A DNA stretch of 62,402 nucleotides, the filler included, from an uncultured bacterium (GTDB lineage: Bacteria; CAYJOG01): assembly GCA_964371695.1 (NCBI GenBank). It is 32 parts of 32 records of this genome, joined end to end, with 100 filler letters (N's around TTAATTAATTAA, not from the genome) between each part and the next. Parts side by side here need not be neighbours in the genome. Positions count along the whole stretch, not along the records: positions 43,574 to 45,390 come from CAYJOG010000620.1; positions 45,491 to 47,297 come from CAYJOG010000621.1; positions 47,398 to 49,200 come from CAYJOG010000622.1; positions 49,301 to 51,098 come from CAYJOG010000623.1; positions 51,199 to 52,995 come from CAYJOG010000624.1; positions 53,096 to 54,889 come from CAYJOG010000625.1; 26 more parts are not named here. One strand, written 5' to 3'. Both the position numbers and the translations under genes were made by a program. Numbering within the stretch: position 1 is the first letter of the stretch; every line of letters starts with the position of its first letter. The notes below the pieces were generated by a model that searched no databases, was not told the DNA's origin, and saw only the letters and a list, made by a program, of their open reading frames with translations. This document shows, one piece after another, positions 43,574 to 53,327 of this stretch.

Positions 43574-44740
43574 GTGCTGCTCAAGGCCCTGGCCCTGCAC
43601 GAAGGTGCGGGTTATGCCCTGGAAGGGGAGATTTCAGAGCGCAAGCTCGTCGCCGCCCGCGAGGCCATGGAAATTCCCCCCGACGAACGGGTGCTGGCCC
43701 TGCTGGACACCACCCTGCTGGGCAATGGCCGCGCTGGTCTGGCGGTGGGTGAGCGGGGGCTTTATTTTGTGTCCAATGGTTCCGGCGCACGGGTGCATCA
43801 CCTGACATGGGGTCTGTTTTTGAACGAGACCATGGTGATGGACGACGAGATGATTTATGTGCAACTGGGGGCCGGGCGGGCGGTGTATCCCAGCCTGCGG
43901 CCGGGGCTGAGCATGTTCACCACGGCGCGCATCTATGCCCTGCTCATGGACCTGCGCACCACCCTGCGTCTGGCCCGGCGCGAGGGCCTGCTGGACGACG
44001 CCCTCGCGCTGGAATCCGCCCCGCCCGCCGCGCCCCAGGAATGGGAGCTTTCACACAAGGGCGAGCGGCATGGTCCTTTTGATCTCTCGCTGGCGGCGCG
44101 CCTGCTGGTGCAGGGTCGCCCGCCCATCAAGGGGTGTCTGGCCCGGCGGGGCAGTGTGGGCCGTTTCGAGCCGGTGCTGCGCTGGCCCGAACTGATGGCC
44201 GAGGTGCGCCAGCAGCGGGAATGTGCGCCAGACGGCACAACGCCCGTGACCCACGCGGGGGACTGGCTGGGGGGCGGCAGCAGCTTCGAGGTCCCCCGTT
44301 CCACACCTCCGCCGCTATTGGTTGAGGTCGCCGAAGACCCGTTTGTTTTTGGCGCAGCGGATGAAGCGGATTTTTTTTCACCGACAACACCCCAGGCCAG
44401 CCCATCAGAAAAACAGGTATCGGGCAAACTCAACCTGAACCGCGCCACGGTGGACGACCTGCTGGCGCTGCCCCATCTTTCGGTGGAAGACGCCCAGGAG
44501 CTGTGCCAGCAACGCCGCCGCCTGGGGCGTTTTCAGAACACGCAGGAGGCCCTCTCCCTGCTCCCGCTGCCGCCCCACGCCCTGATGGAAATCTCCCGTC
44601 TGGTGATGGTGGAGAACCCTGCCGCGCCTCGGCCCGCAGCCCCCAAAACGCCGCCGCCCCAAACTTTTCAGCCCCCCCCGCCAGAGGTCCCCGACCCCGG
44701 CGCCACCCACGGTCTGGGCCATCGCCTGCTGGATTTGTAG
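43574..44740 (+). CDS. Multidomain protein: DT..G..G domain + GYF_2-like + helix-hairpin-helix (ComEA-like), 5'-truncated
   Basis: LLDTTLLGNGRAGL; WELSHKGERHGPF; LNLNRATVDDLLALP, GRF; C-terminal HRLLDL. Confidence 0.65.
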   Translation: MLLKALALHEGAGYALEGEISERKLVAAREAMEIPPDERVLALLDTTLLGNGRAGLAVGERGLYFVSNGSGARVHHLTWGLFLNETMVMDDEMIYVQLGAGRAVYPSLRPGLSMFTTARIYALLMDLRTTLRLARREGLLDDALALESAPPAAPQEWELSHKGERHGPFDLSLAARLLVQGRPPIKGCLARRGSVGRFEPVLRWPELMAEVRQQRECAPDGTTPVTHAGDWLGGGSSFEVPRSTPPPLLVEVAEDPFVFGAADEADFFSPTTPQASPSEKQVSGKLNLNRATVDDLLALPHLSVEDAQELCQQRRRLGRFQNTQEALSLLPLPPHALMEISRLVMVENPAAPRPAAPKTPPPQTFQPPPPEVPDPGATHGLGHRLLDL

Positions 44741-44777
44741 CCAGTTTCACGGACGGGTCTGCGTCTACAATAGGCCC

Positions 44778-45390
44778 ATGAAAAAGCGGTTTTTCGTCGC
44801 ACTGGTTCTGATGGTTCTTGGCGCGGCCACCGGCCCGGCGTGGGCGGGCGCCAGCAAGGGGGGCGATGCGTGGGCGCAGGTGCAGAACCCCCAGGGCACA
44901 CTGTTCATGGCTGTGGGCCTGACGGGCGTGGACATGGCCCAGGTGATTGACCTGCTTAAAGCGGGCGTGCCGGTGAACGTGAAAGACCACCGGGGCATGA
45001 CACCCCTGCATTACGCTGTGTTGTGGAACGACCGCGATCTCATCCAGATTCTGAACAAAAAGGGGGCGTGGCTTTCGGATGCCCACATCGCCGCCGGGCT
45101 TTCAGAAATCGGCCAGTTGCTGGATTTTCTGGCGCGGGATGGCTCGCTGAATGCACCCGATTATTTCCGCAACACACCGCTGCACTGGGCCGCCATGACC
45201 GGCGCGCTGGAGCCCGCCCAGGCGCTGCTGCAACGGGGCGCTAAACTGAACGAAAAAAACGACCAGGGCCGCACGCCGCTGATGCTGGCCGCCGCCGGGG
45301 GCCACACCGAAACCGTGCTGGCGCTGCTGGGCAAAAAGGCCCCTGTCAAAACGGCGGACCTGAACGGCGACACGGCGCTCTTTGCCGCAG
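44778..45390 (+). CDS. Secreted ankyrin repeat protein, 3'-truncated
   Basis: Signal peptide; GMTPLHYA, NTPLHWAA, GRTPLMLAA, GDTALFAA. Confidence 0.92.
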
Positions 45391-45490
45391 NNNNNNNNNN
45401 NNNNNNNNNNNNNNNNNNNNNNNNNNNNNNNNNNTTAATTAATTAANNNNNNNNNNNNNNNNNNNNNNNNNNNNNNNNNNNNNNNNNNNN

Positions 45491-46481
45491 GGGTCAGATA
45501 GTCCACCACCACCATCCCCAGGCCCCCCGCCTTTGACTTGAGCTGCCGGGCCTTGCTGGACACATCAAAAGGCGTGGTGTTGGGGCTGTCGTCAATAAAA
45601 AGGTTGAGGCGGCTAAGCTCCTCAAAGGTGTTCGAGAGGTGTTCCCACTCGTGGTCGTTGCAGCGGCCCTGATGCACCTTGTGGCTGTCCAGGCCCGACT
45701 CACTGCACAACAGGCGCATCGCCAGCGCGTTGATGCCCATTTCCAGCGAGAACATCAACACGGGTTTTTCTTTGGCCACGTTCTGGGCCATGTTCAGGGC
45801 AAAGGCGGTTTTGCCCATGCTGGGCCGGGCCGCCAGCACAATCAGGTCGCCCCCTCTGAAACCGCCGGTCATGTAATCCAGCAGGCCATATCCGCTGGCC
45901 ACGCCCCGCATTTCACCAGGGGCCGCATGATATCCCTCCACCGTTTCAAACAGGTCGCTGAGGACATCCTGCAGGGGCAGATAACCGCCGGTGGTGTACT
46001 GGCTGCCCATCTCCGTGATCAGGCGTTCCAGCGTGGAAAGCGCATCGCGGATGTCGCCCCCTTCTTCGGTGGCCAGACGCGTCACCTCCATGGCCAGCAC
46101 CAGCATGCGCCGTCGGATGGTTTTCTCCTTGAGCGTGCCGATGTACTGCTCCAGATGCACGGCCCCCGGCGCAAATTCCGAGGTCTCCACCAGATACGCA
46201 ATGCCGCCGATGGCCTCCATTTTGGCCGCCAGTTCATCCACCAGCAGTTGGGGGTTGATGGCTTTGCGCTCCACCATGCGCAGGCGGAAGAGTTCTTCAA
46301 AAAGCGTGCGGTGGCGCGGGTCGTCAAAGTCTTCGGACTTCAATCGTTCGCAGGCGTTCTCCAGCGCCGCCGCGTTGCAGATCATGTTGCTCAGCACAAT
46401 GCGTTCGACATTGTGGGCCGCCGGGCTGGTGCGCAGATTAGACAGGGAGGAGGGCAGTTGGAGGATGGGTGTGGCGGACAT
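45491..46481 (-). CDS. dnaB: Replicative DNA helicase, 3'-truncated
   Basis: LIVLAARPSMGKTAFALN, FSLEM, LFIDD, VVVDYL. Confidence 0.97.
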
Positions 46482-46662
46482 GTTTGCGTTCCTTTTCTGA
46501 TCAAAATCAGAAAGTATGATTTTATCACCGGCGTTGCTTTTGCCGTGACATGTTATGAAAGAATTTCAGGCCGTTTCTGTGAATTCCTGTGAATATTGGA
46601 ACAACTTCCGCCTTCCCTGTGAATTACTGAGCACACCCGCCGTGGCTGATAAAATAAAGCCT

Positions 46663-47277
46663 GTGCGCCCCTCCAAAGCCCCTTTCCATCTGCTCATTGG
46701 CCTTGTTCTGACGCTTATGCTGGCCCTGCCGGTGCGCGCCCAGGCTGGTCAGGCCGCCGACCTGGCCGCCCAGGCCACCAGCCGCTACACACCCGACGCC
46801 ATTCAGGCGCTTTTTTTGCTGGGCAACCTGGGCAGCGAAGCCCGTTATTACCGCGCCGCCATGGTGCCGGGGCTGATGTCGCCGGTGGAAAACCTGCGCC
46901 ACGCCGCCGCACGGGCGCTGAAAAACTCCGGCACCGGCGCGGGGCTGGCGGTGTTGCCCATGGTGCAGGAATCCTCGCTGTTTGGCCGCCTCAACGCCAC
47001 ACTGGGTTTTGGCGCCATGGGGCAAGAGGGCGTGGCCCCGCTGATTCGCCTGCTGCGCGAAGACCCCCACCGCGACGTGCGCCGATACGCCGCCATCACC
47101 CTGAGCCACATGGGCAACCCGGCCATCACCGCCACCCCCGACCTCACCAGCGCCCTGGAAGACCCCGATGACTTGGTGCGGGTGTCGGCAAAAAGCGCGC
47201 TTTCGCTCCTGAGCTGTTCCCGGCCGGTGCTGGCCCCCCTCGCCCCGCCCCGCGGTGTTGGCGGGAATGGGGGATAA
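46663..47277 (+). CDS. Secreted HEAT-repeat protein
   Basis: Signal peptide from GTG 46663; LRHAAARAL, VRRYAAITL, LEDPDDLVRVSAKSAL. Confidence 0.8.
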   Translation: MRPSKAPFHLLIGLVLTLMLALPVRAQAGQAADLAAQATSRYTPDAIQALFLLGNLGSEARYYRAAMVPGLMSPVENLRHAAARALKNSGTGAGLAVLPMVQESSLFGRLNATLGFGAMGQEGVAPLIRLLREDPHRDVRRYAAITLSHMGNPAITATPDLTSALEDPDDLVRVSAKSALSLLSCSRPVLAPLAPPRGVGGNGG

Positions 47278-47397
47278 CCGTTTTTGTTTTGTGGCCCNNN
47301 NNNNNNNNNNNNNNNNNNNNNNNNNNNNNNNNNNNNNNNNNTTAATTAATTAANNNNNNNNNNNNNNNNNNNNNNNNNNNNNNNNNNNNNNNNNNNN

Positions 47398-47710
47398 GCA
47401 TATTGATGCTGCCGGGCGCGCCCAGCGGCACGACAGTGCCGGGGTTCAAACATAAAAAATCCAAAAAACAATGGTTTTTTTGCCTTTTTATAAACCCCTC
47501 ACCCCAACCCTCTCCCTCAAGGGGAGAGGGGGTAGACATGGCTCTGTGTCAGCTTCGGATACCTGCTCCATTAATTCCGAAAATGCTCTAAAAGCGGAAG
47601 AAGAAAGTTGGAGGCTGGAAGTTGGTAAAGGAAAAATCCAGTTTTGGTGGCGCAGGCATCTTGCCTGCGTTTTTATAAGCGAAGGCAGGCGGGACGCCTG
47701 CCCCACCAAA
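47398..47710. repeat. Repeat island: family A right half + family D TIR, heptamers, GTGG-REP doublet
   Basis: GCATATTGATGCTGCCGGGCGCGCCCAGCGG; CCCTCTCCCTCAAGGGGAGAGGG; GGTGGCGCAGGCATCTTGCCTGCG ... GGCAGGCGGGACGCCTGCCCCACC. Confidence 0.8.
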
Positions 47711-47810
47711 GAGAAAAAGAAGAGTGGCGGGGGCGCTGGTGCGCCCCGGATTTTGAGTTCAGGTCATGACCCCACCCTCACTGGGTCAACGGCTCTTATA
47801 ATCCCCCGCC

Positions 47811-48617
47811 ATGAGTCAGAACTTTTTGCCGGTGGGCATCATGGGCACGGGGGCCATCGCCCGCGCCATTGTCCGGGGCATCAAACAAAACAACCTGCCG
47901 GTGCGTGTGGTGGCGGCCTGGGACGACAACGCCGAGGCCCTCGCGGCGTTTGAAAAAGCCACCCACGCCGAGGTGGGTAAAACCAGCCTGGAAGAGGCCG
48001 TGCATCTGAGCCGGTTTTTCATCGAGGCGGCCCACCCCCGCGTGGTGGGGCGCGTGCTGGCGGCCACACAAAAAGCCAACGTGCCCACCCTGGTGATGAG
48101 CGTGGGCGGGCTGGTGGATCTTGTGGACGATTTGCACCATCAACCCGGCCCGGCGGTGTATGTGCCCAGCGGGGCCATCGGCGGACTGGACGCCCTGGCG
48201 GCGGCGCGACTGGCGGGTCTGGACGAGGTGACCCTCACCACCACCAAACCCCCCAAGGGTCTGGAGGGGGCCGATTATCTGGTTAAGAACAACGTGGTGC
48301 TGCGCCGTGAAGGCGCACCCCAGGTGGTGTTCGAGGGCACGGCGCGTGAGGCCATTGCGGCTTTTCCCACCAACGTGAACGTGTGCGTGGCGCTGGCGCT
48401 GGCGGGCAACGGGCCAGACGCCACCACCGTGCGGGTGGTGAGCAACCCGGCGGCCACGGCCAACACCCACGAGGTTTTTTTCAGGGGCGGCGCGGGGGAA
48501 TACACCTTTCGTTTTCAGAACGTGCCCCACCCCGAAAATCCCAAGACCAGTTTTCTGGCGGCCCTGAGCGCCCTGCATGTTCTGGAGCGCGAGTGCGCAC
48601 GCATGAAGGTGGGGTGA
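47811..48617 (+). CDS. nadX: L-aspartate dehydrogenase (DUF108)
   Basis: GTGAIA, IEAA, MSVGGL, PSGAIGGLD, KPP, FEGTAREA, FPTNVNV, NPKTS. Confidence 0.93.
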   Translation: MSQNFLPVGIMGTGAIARAIVRGIKQNNLPVRVVAAWDDNAEALAAFEKATHAEVGKTSLEEAVHLSRFFIEAAHPRVVGRVLAATQKANVPTLVMSVGGLVDLVDDLHHQPGPAVYVPSGAIGGLDALAAARLAGLDEVTLTTTKPPKGLEGADYLVKNNVVLRREGAPQVVFEGTAREAIAAFPTNVNVCVALALAGNGPDATTVRVVSNPAATANTHEVFFRGGAGEYTFRFQNVPHPENPKTSFLAALSALHVLERECARMKVG

Positions 48618-48770
48618 CCTGCCGCGGGAATCCAGTAAAACCACAAGCAAAAATCCGTTCTCTGGCAACACAGCAGTAACCACGGGCGTCCCGCCGGTGG
48701 CAAAAAAAGCCAGAAACCCCTCTCCCGTCCGAAGGATGGGAGAGGGATGGATGCGCCCATTTTTTGAATG

Positions 48771-49176
48771 GGATGAAACCGGCGAACCCAACAAAAACCG
48801 GGCCGCTGTTTCGCCTGCCAACAACGTGGTTAAACCTTCCCGGCAAAAGGCCATGCCTCGTAACACCCAAAAGCCAAGGGCCATGGATGGCCCGCTGCCG
48901 CCGCAGGGCGAAGCCCGCAGCGGCGTAGTTCCCCTGCCCCGGCGCTGTCGCGCCGCTTGGCGCGCCCGGCAGCATCAATATGCTGCCGCCTCCCCAAAAG
49001 ACCTCCCGCGCCAATTACGGATGAAACCGGCGAACCCAATATAAAACCGGGTCGGTGTTTCGCCTGCCAACAGCGTGGTTAAACCTTCCCGGTAAAAGAC
49101 CATGCTCAGCGGCAGCAAAAAGCCAAGGGCCAGGATGGCCCGCTGCCGCCGCAGGGCGAAGCCCGCAGCGGCGTAG
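48771..49176 (+). repeat. Two ~158-bp direct repeats (48771-48928, 49019-49176) separated by an inverted family A core
   Basis: Both units run GGATGAAACCGGCGAACCCAA ... GCCGCCGCAGGGCGAAGCCCGCAGCGGCGTAG; the spacer contains CGGCAGCATCAATATGCTGCCG. Confidence 0.9.
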
Positions 49177-49300
49177 CGGGTAAGCCTTCAAGGATGAAGG
49201 NNNNNNNNNNNNNNNNNNNNNNNNNNNNNNNNNNNNNNNNNNNNTTAATTAATTAANNNNNNNNNNNNNNNNNNNNNNNNNNNNNNNNNNNNNNNNNNNN

Positions 49301-49577
49301 GGCAATACACACAGCCCATGTTGCAGCGGCTGAAAAACACCGCGCCGCTGCCCCCCGCGCCGCTCAGCACATTCTCTTCGCCAAAGTGCGGATAGGCGGT
49401 GCTCACCAGCGCCTCGGCCCCCGTGCGGCAGGCGCCGTCGTGGGCTGTTTGGGGATTGGTGCGGTCCACACCACAACTGCTGGCGCAGGTGCGGCAATGG
49501 CGCAAGTCTTCCATCAGGCGATGGGCGGTTTCGCGGAGGACTTCGCGCCCCCTGGGCGTGGTGTAACAGGCTTGCAT
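49301..49577 (-). CDS. PflX-like radical SAM protein, 3'-truncated
   Basis: CRTCASSCGVDR, PHFGEE, GSGAVFFSRCNMGCVYC. Confidence 0.9.
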
Positions 49578-49685
49578 TGGACAAACCGATGTTAGGTTGG
49601 GTTTTTCAGGACACCATCAACAGGCCAAAAACGGCGCAATAAGCTACTCAAGGGTCCAGAACGCCTGAAAAACAATGATGTTCAT

Positions 49686-50567
49686 TTAAATTAGCCGCTG
49701 GCCAAAAACAAACCGGTCCCGCCCCGCTTCATCCTGACCAACCGACAGGGAAAGTCCCTCATGGGGAAGCCCCCGCACCGCACCTGATTGATCAAAACCG
49801 GTTTCAAAACCATACACCCCGCCGGGTTTCAGCACGCGGGGAGCCTCACCCAGCAGCCGCCGCAGATGTGACAAACCGGCTTCATCGCTATACAACGCCG
49901 CGTCCGATTCAAAGGCCAGCGAAGGACTCAGCCGCTGTTTCTGCGTGGGGCAGATGTAAGGCGGATTGCCCAGCAGCACATCCACCGAATGGTTTTGCAA
50001 AACGGACAACAGATCGCCCCGCAACAGCGGCAGTTCCAGATTCAACGCCCCGGCATTTTTTGCGGCCAGGGCAAGGGCCTGTTCTGACAAATCAGTGGCC
50101 AGTACCAGCAGGTGCGGAAAATGATGTTTGACCCACAGGCCAATGGCCCCGCTGCCCGTGCCCACGTCCACCACCACCGCGCCTGCAGGCAGGGGCTTCA
50201 GTGCAATTCCATTCTCTTTACCGAGTAGGCGCGGTGTCCCCACCGCGCTGGCAGCCAACGGCGATGAGGACATCGCCGCTACTCCTTTTTGGGGCTGCCC
50301 CAAACCAGCAAAAAATGTGCGGAGCCATTCTTCGGTTTCGGGCCGGGGAATCAGAACCGGCGGCGCACACAACAACCGCAGCGGGCCAAAGTCCGTGAAA
50401 CCGGTGACATAGGCCAGCGGCTCGTGGCGCGACAACCGCCCGGCCCCCTGCTCAAGCAGCAATTCTTCCGCCGCGCTCAGGGCCGGGGTTCGCGTCCACC
50501 GGGTCAGGGTCCAGTCCAGCAGCGCCAGGGCTTCGTCCAGACTCAGGCCATAGGGAGGTTGGTTCAT
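49686..50567 (-). CDS. prmC: Release factor glutamine methyltransferase with in-frame REP-derived insertion
   Basis: EPLAYVTG, LIPRPETE, DVGTGSG, NPPY, ETG; downstream of prfA. Confidence 0.93.
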   Translation of the reverse strand: MNQPPYGLSLDEALALLDWTLTRWTRTPALSAAEELLLEQGAGRLSRHEPLAYVTGFTDFGPLRLLCAPPVLIPRPETEEWLRTFFAGLGQPQKGVAAMSSSPLAASAVGTPRLLGKENGIALKPLPAGAVVVDVGTGSGAIGLWVKHHFPHLLVLATDLSEQALALAAKNAGALNLELPLLRGDLLSVLQNHSVDVLLGNPPYICPTQKQRLSPSLAFESDAALYSDEAGLSHLRRLLGEAPRVLKPGGVYGFETGFDQSGAVRGLPHEGLSLSVGQDEAGRDRFVFGQRLI

Positions 50568-50616
50568 CGCTGCCAGGTTTATGAAAAAAGCAGAGGGATT
50601 ACAAGGTTTTTTTGAC

Positions 50617-50755
50617 GTAGCCCCGGCGTCTCGCCGGGAGTATTGACCGCGCCAGAGGCGCGCACCTTGTTGTATTTTTTCTTATTTCCCTGAAAAACTT
50701 CTGTTTTGCGCCGCCTGTGGCGGTTTTTATTCTCCCGGCGAGACGCCGGGGCTAC
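50617..50755. repeat. Inverted GTAG-REP doublet (REPIN-like) between prfA and prmC
   Basis: GTAGCCCCGGCGTCTCGCCGGGAG (50617-50640) and its exact reverse complement (50732-50755); related copy at about 24160-24184. Confidence 0.9.
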
Positions 50756-50786
50756 AGAAAAACCTGACAACAATAGGGAGGCAGAC

Positions 50787-51098
50787 TCACAACTTCGCCC
50801 GGATTTCTTCCAGCTCCTTCTGCCCCAGCGGCATCACCACGGGTTCCAGGTCGCCTTCCAGAATCCTGTCCAGGGAATAGAGCGTGAGGTTGATGCGGTG
50901 GTCGGTGAGGCGGTTCTGGGGATAGTTGTAGGTGCGGATGCGCTCGCTGCGGTCGCCGCTGCCCACCTGGGTGCGCCGCAGGCTGTTGTGCTCGGCGTCG
51001 GCCTGGGTGCGCTGGTGTTCCAGCAGATAACTGCGTAGCATTTTCATGGCTTTTTCGCGGTTTTGAAGCTGGCTGCGTTCATCCTGACACTGCACCAC
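50787..51098 (-). CDS. prfA: Peptide chain release factor 1, 5'-truncated
   Basis: [35 protein letters not shown]. Confidence 0.97.
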   Translation of the reverse strand: MVQCQDERSQLQNREKAMKMLRSYLLEHQRTQADAEHNSLRRTQVGSGDRSERIRTYNYPQNRLTDHRINLTLYSLDRILEGDLEPVVMPLGQKELEEIRAKL

Positions 51099-51248
51099 NN
51101 NNNNNNNNNNNNNNNNNNNNNNNNNNNNNNNNNNNNNNNNNNTTAATTAATTAANNNNNNNNNNNNNNNNNNNNNNNNNNNNNNNNNNNNNNNNNNNNGA
51201 TCTACATTGTCATAAACCATGGTTGCCTCCTGTATGCGCAAAGCAATG

Positions 51249-51263
51249 GCAAAAACCGTGCCA
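51249..51263 (-). promoter_or_regulatory. sigma54 (-24/-12) promoter upstream of a truncated gene starting at ATG 51220
   Basis: TGGCAC-GGTTT-TTGC matches consensus TGGCAC-N5-TTGC; AGGAGG RBS then ATG GTT TAT GAC AAT. Confidence 0.7.
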
Positions 51264-51542
51264 CGAAACATCTTTCGACATTTCAGAAGACGGTTTTAGG
51301 TAAAAATTTGCATGTTTGGGGCAAAAACGGCCCATTTGTGCCTTCCGTCACAAGCCTGTTATGCGACAAGTCACATCGGGCGGAAATTTTTTCGGGTTTT
51401 TTGGGGGGAGGGACATGGCCAAATGACCTGGTTGGGCCAAAAAGCAGCACGGGAAACAGTGATTGGAGGGGAGGCCGGCCGCCGATTGGGCCTGTTCATA
51501 AAGTCCAAGACGGACTTTTCAAACAGGCTCTAAGATGCCCCC

Positions 51543-51893
51543 ATGAGCAAGTCAGGCGTCACGATTTACCACAATCCCAAGTGCTCCAAAAGCCGTCAGG
51601 CCCTGGCGCTGATTGAGTCGGCGGGGGTTTCACCCCAGGTGGTGCTGTATCTTCAGCAGCCCCCCACGGCGGCAGAAGTAAAGGCGCTGCTGAAAAAACT
51701 GGGTCTGAATGCCGCGGACATCATTCGCCACAAAGAAGCCCAGGAAGAAGGCGTAGCCCTGACCGGAGCCGCCGAAGACGCCCTGGTGTCAGCCATCGCT
51801 GCGCATCCGCGCATTCTGGAGCGTCCCATTGTGGTGAAGGGCGACCGGGCCGTGGTGGGTCGCCCGCCCGAAAAGGTGCTGGAGCTGTTATGA
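51543..51893 (+). CDS. arsC: Glutaredoxin-dependent arsenate reductase (ArsC/YfgD family)
   Basis: YHNPKCSKSR, LERPIVV, GRPPE. Confidence 0.9.
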   Translation: MSKSGVTIYHNPKCSKSRQALALIESAGVSPQVVLYLQQPPTAAEVKALLKKLGLNAADIIRHKEAQEEGVALTGAAEDALVSAIAAHPRILERPIVVKGDRAVVGRPPEKVLELL

Positions 51894-52995
51894 GTCCCGC
51901 GACATTCGCAAAAAAAGTGGTGCTGGTGGTGCTGGATGGCTGGGGTCACGGGCCGGACGCGTATCAGAACGCCATCACCGGGGCGCATCCGCCAGTGTTT
52001 GAGCGCTGGTGGCGCGACAACCCTCACACGCTGATAGACGCCTCTGGCCCCGCCGTGGGGCTGCCTGCGGGGCAGATGGGCAACAGCGAGGTGGGCCACC
52101 TCAACCTGGGGGCCGGGCGACTGGTTTTCATGGAGCTGAGCCGTGTGTATCAGGCCATGGCAGACGGCACGTTCGCCACGCTGCCATGCCTGAAACCCCT
52201 GGCCGGGACGGGCAGGCCCGTGCATCTCATGGGGTTGTTGTCGGATGGCGGCGTGCATAGCCACATCGATCACTGGCTGGGGGCGCTGGACGCCCTGAAG
52301 GCCCTGGGTGTGAAAGACGTGTGGCTGCATCCCTTTGGAGATGGCCGCGACACGCCCCCCCGCAGCATGGGGCCTTTTCTGGAGCGACTCGAAGACCACG
52401 CCCGGCAAATCGGGCTGGGGCGGGTGGTGAGCCTGATGGGGCGTTATTGGGCCATGGACCGCGACAAACGGTGGGAGCGCACCGAGCGGGCCTTTCGGTG
52501 TCTGGTGCATGGCGAAGGGGGCCGCGCCGCCACGGCGCAGGAGGCTCTGGCGGCTTCTTATGGTGCGGACGTGGGAGATGAGTTCATGGAGCCGTGCCGC
52601 ATTGGCGACCCGGCCCAGGGTTGGGTGATGCCGGGGGATGGGGTGTGGTTCATGAACTTCCGCCCCGACCGCGCCCGCCAGTTGTGTCAGGCCCTCACTG
52701 GCCAGCCAGAGGTGGGTTTTGACACCGCTGGATTGCAGGTGACGCTGGCGACACTGGGGATGGTGATGCCGGGACTGACGTCCCACGTGTGTTTCATGCC
52801 AGAGCGCCCCACGGGCACGCTCGTGGAGGTGCTCACGGGTCAGGGGCTGAAGGTGCTCAAGATTGCTGAAACCGAAAAATACGCCCACGTGACGTATTTC
52901 TTCAACGGCGGGCAGGAAGTTCCTTTTGAGGGCGAAGACCGCCTGCTGGCGCCCAGCCCCAAGGTGGCCACCTATGACCTGAAGCCCGACATGAG
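51890..52995 (+). CDS. gpmI: 2,3-BPG-independent phosphoglycerate mutase, 3'-truncated
   Basis: VLDGWG, GQMGNSEVGH, SDGGVHSH, DGRDT, GRYWAMDRD, NFRPDRA, AETEKYAHVT. Confidence 0.97.
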
Positions 52996-53132
52996 NNNNN
53001 NNNNNNNNNNNNNNNNNNNNNNNNNNNNNNNNNNNNNNNTTAATTAATTAANNNNNNNNNNNNNNNNNNNNNNNNNNNNNNNNNNNNNNNNNNNNCGCCT
53101 GAACAAAAAAAATAAAAAACTTTTTTCTTTCA

Positions 53133-53290
53133 ATGGCGGGCGGGGACGCCCGCCCCACTGAAAGAGAACAGAAAAAGGTGCGCTGTCCATGTTTCAACTG
53201 GATTCCCGCCTTCGCGGGAATGACGGCAGAAAATGATGGCTTTTTTTCCGCCTGCAGCCTGCCACCTTCCAGCCGCCAACTTCCGCCTTC
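53133..53290. repeat. Composite GTGG-REP + dRS3-like palindrome + heptamers
   Basis: Co-linear with 8204-8295. Confidence 0.8.
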
Positions 53291-53327
53291 CCCTACCCTT
53301 TCGTCCGTTTTCTGACAAAATCACACC

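Noticed and set aside
45491-46481. Possible intein in dnaB
   Set aside because: Motif spacing is normal in the visible part; the gene is simply truncated at the contig edge
48771-49176. Direct repeats considered as a CRISPR array
   Set aside because: Units are about 158 bp, only two, and internally diverged; the spacer is itself a dispersed repeat; no cas genes
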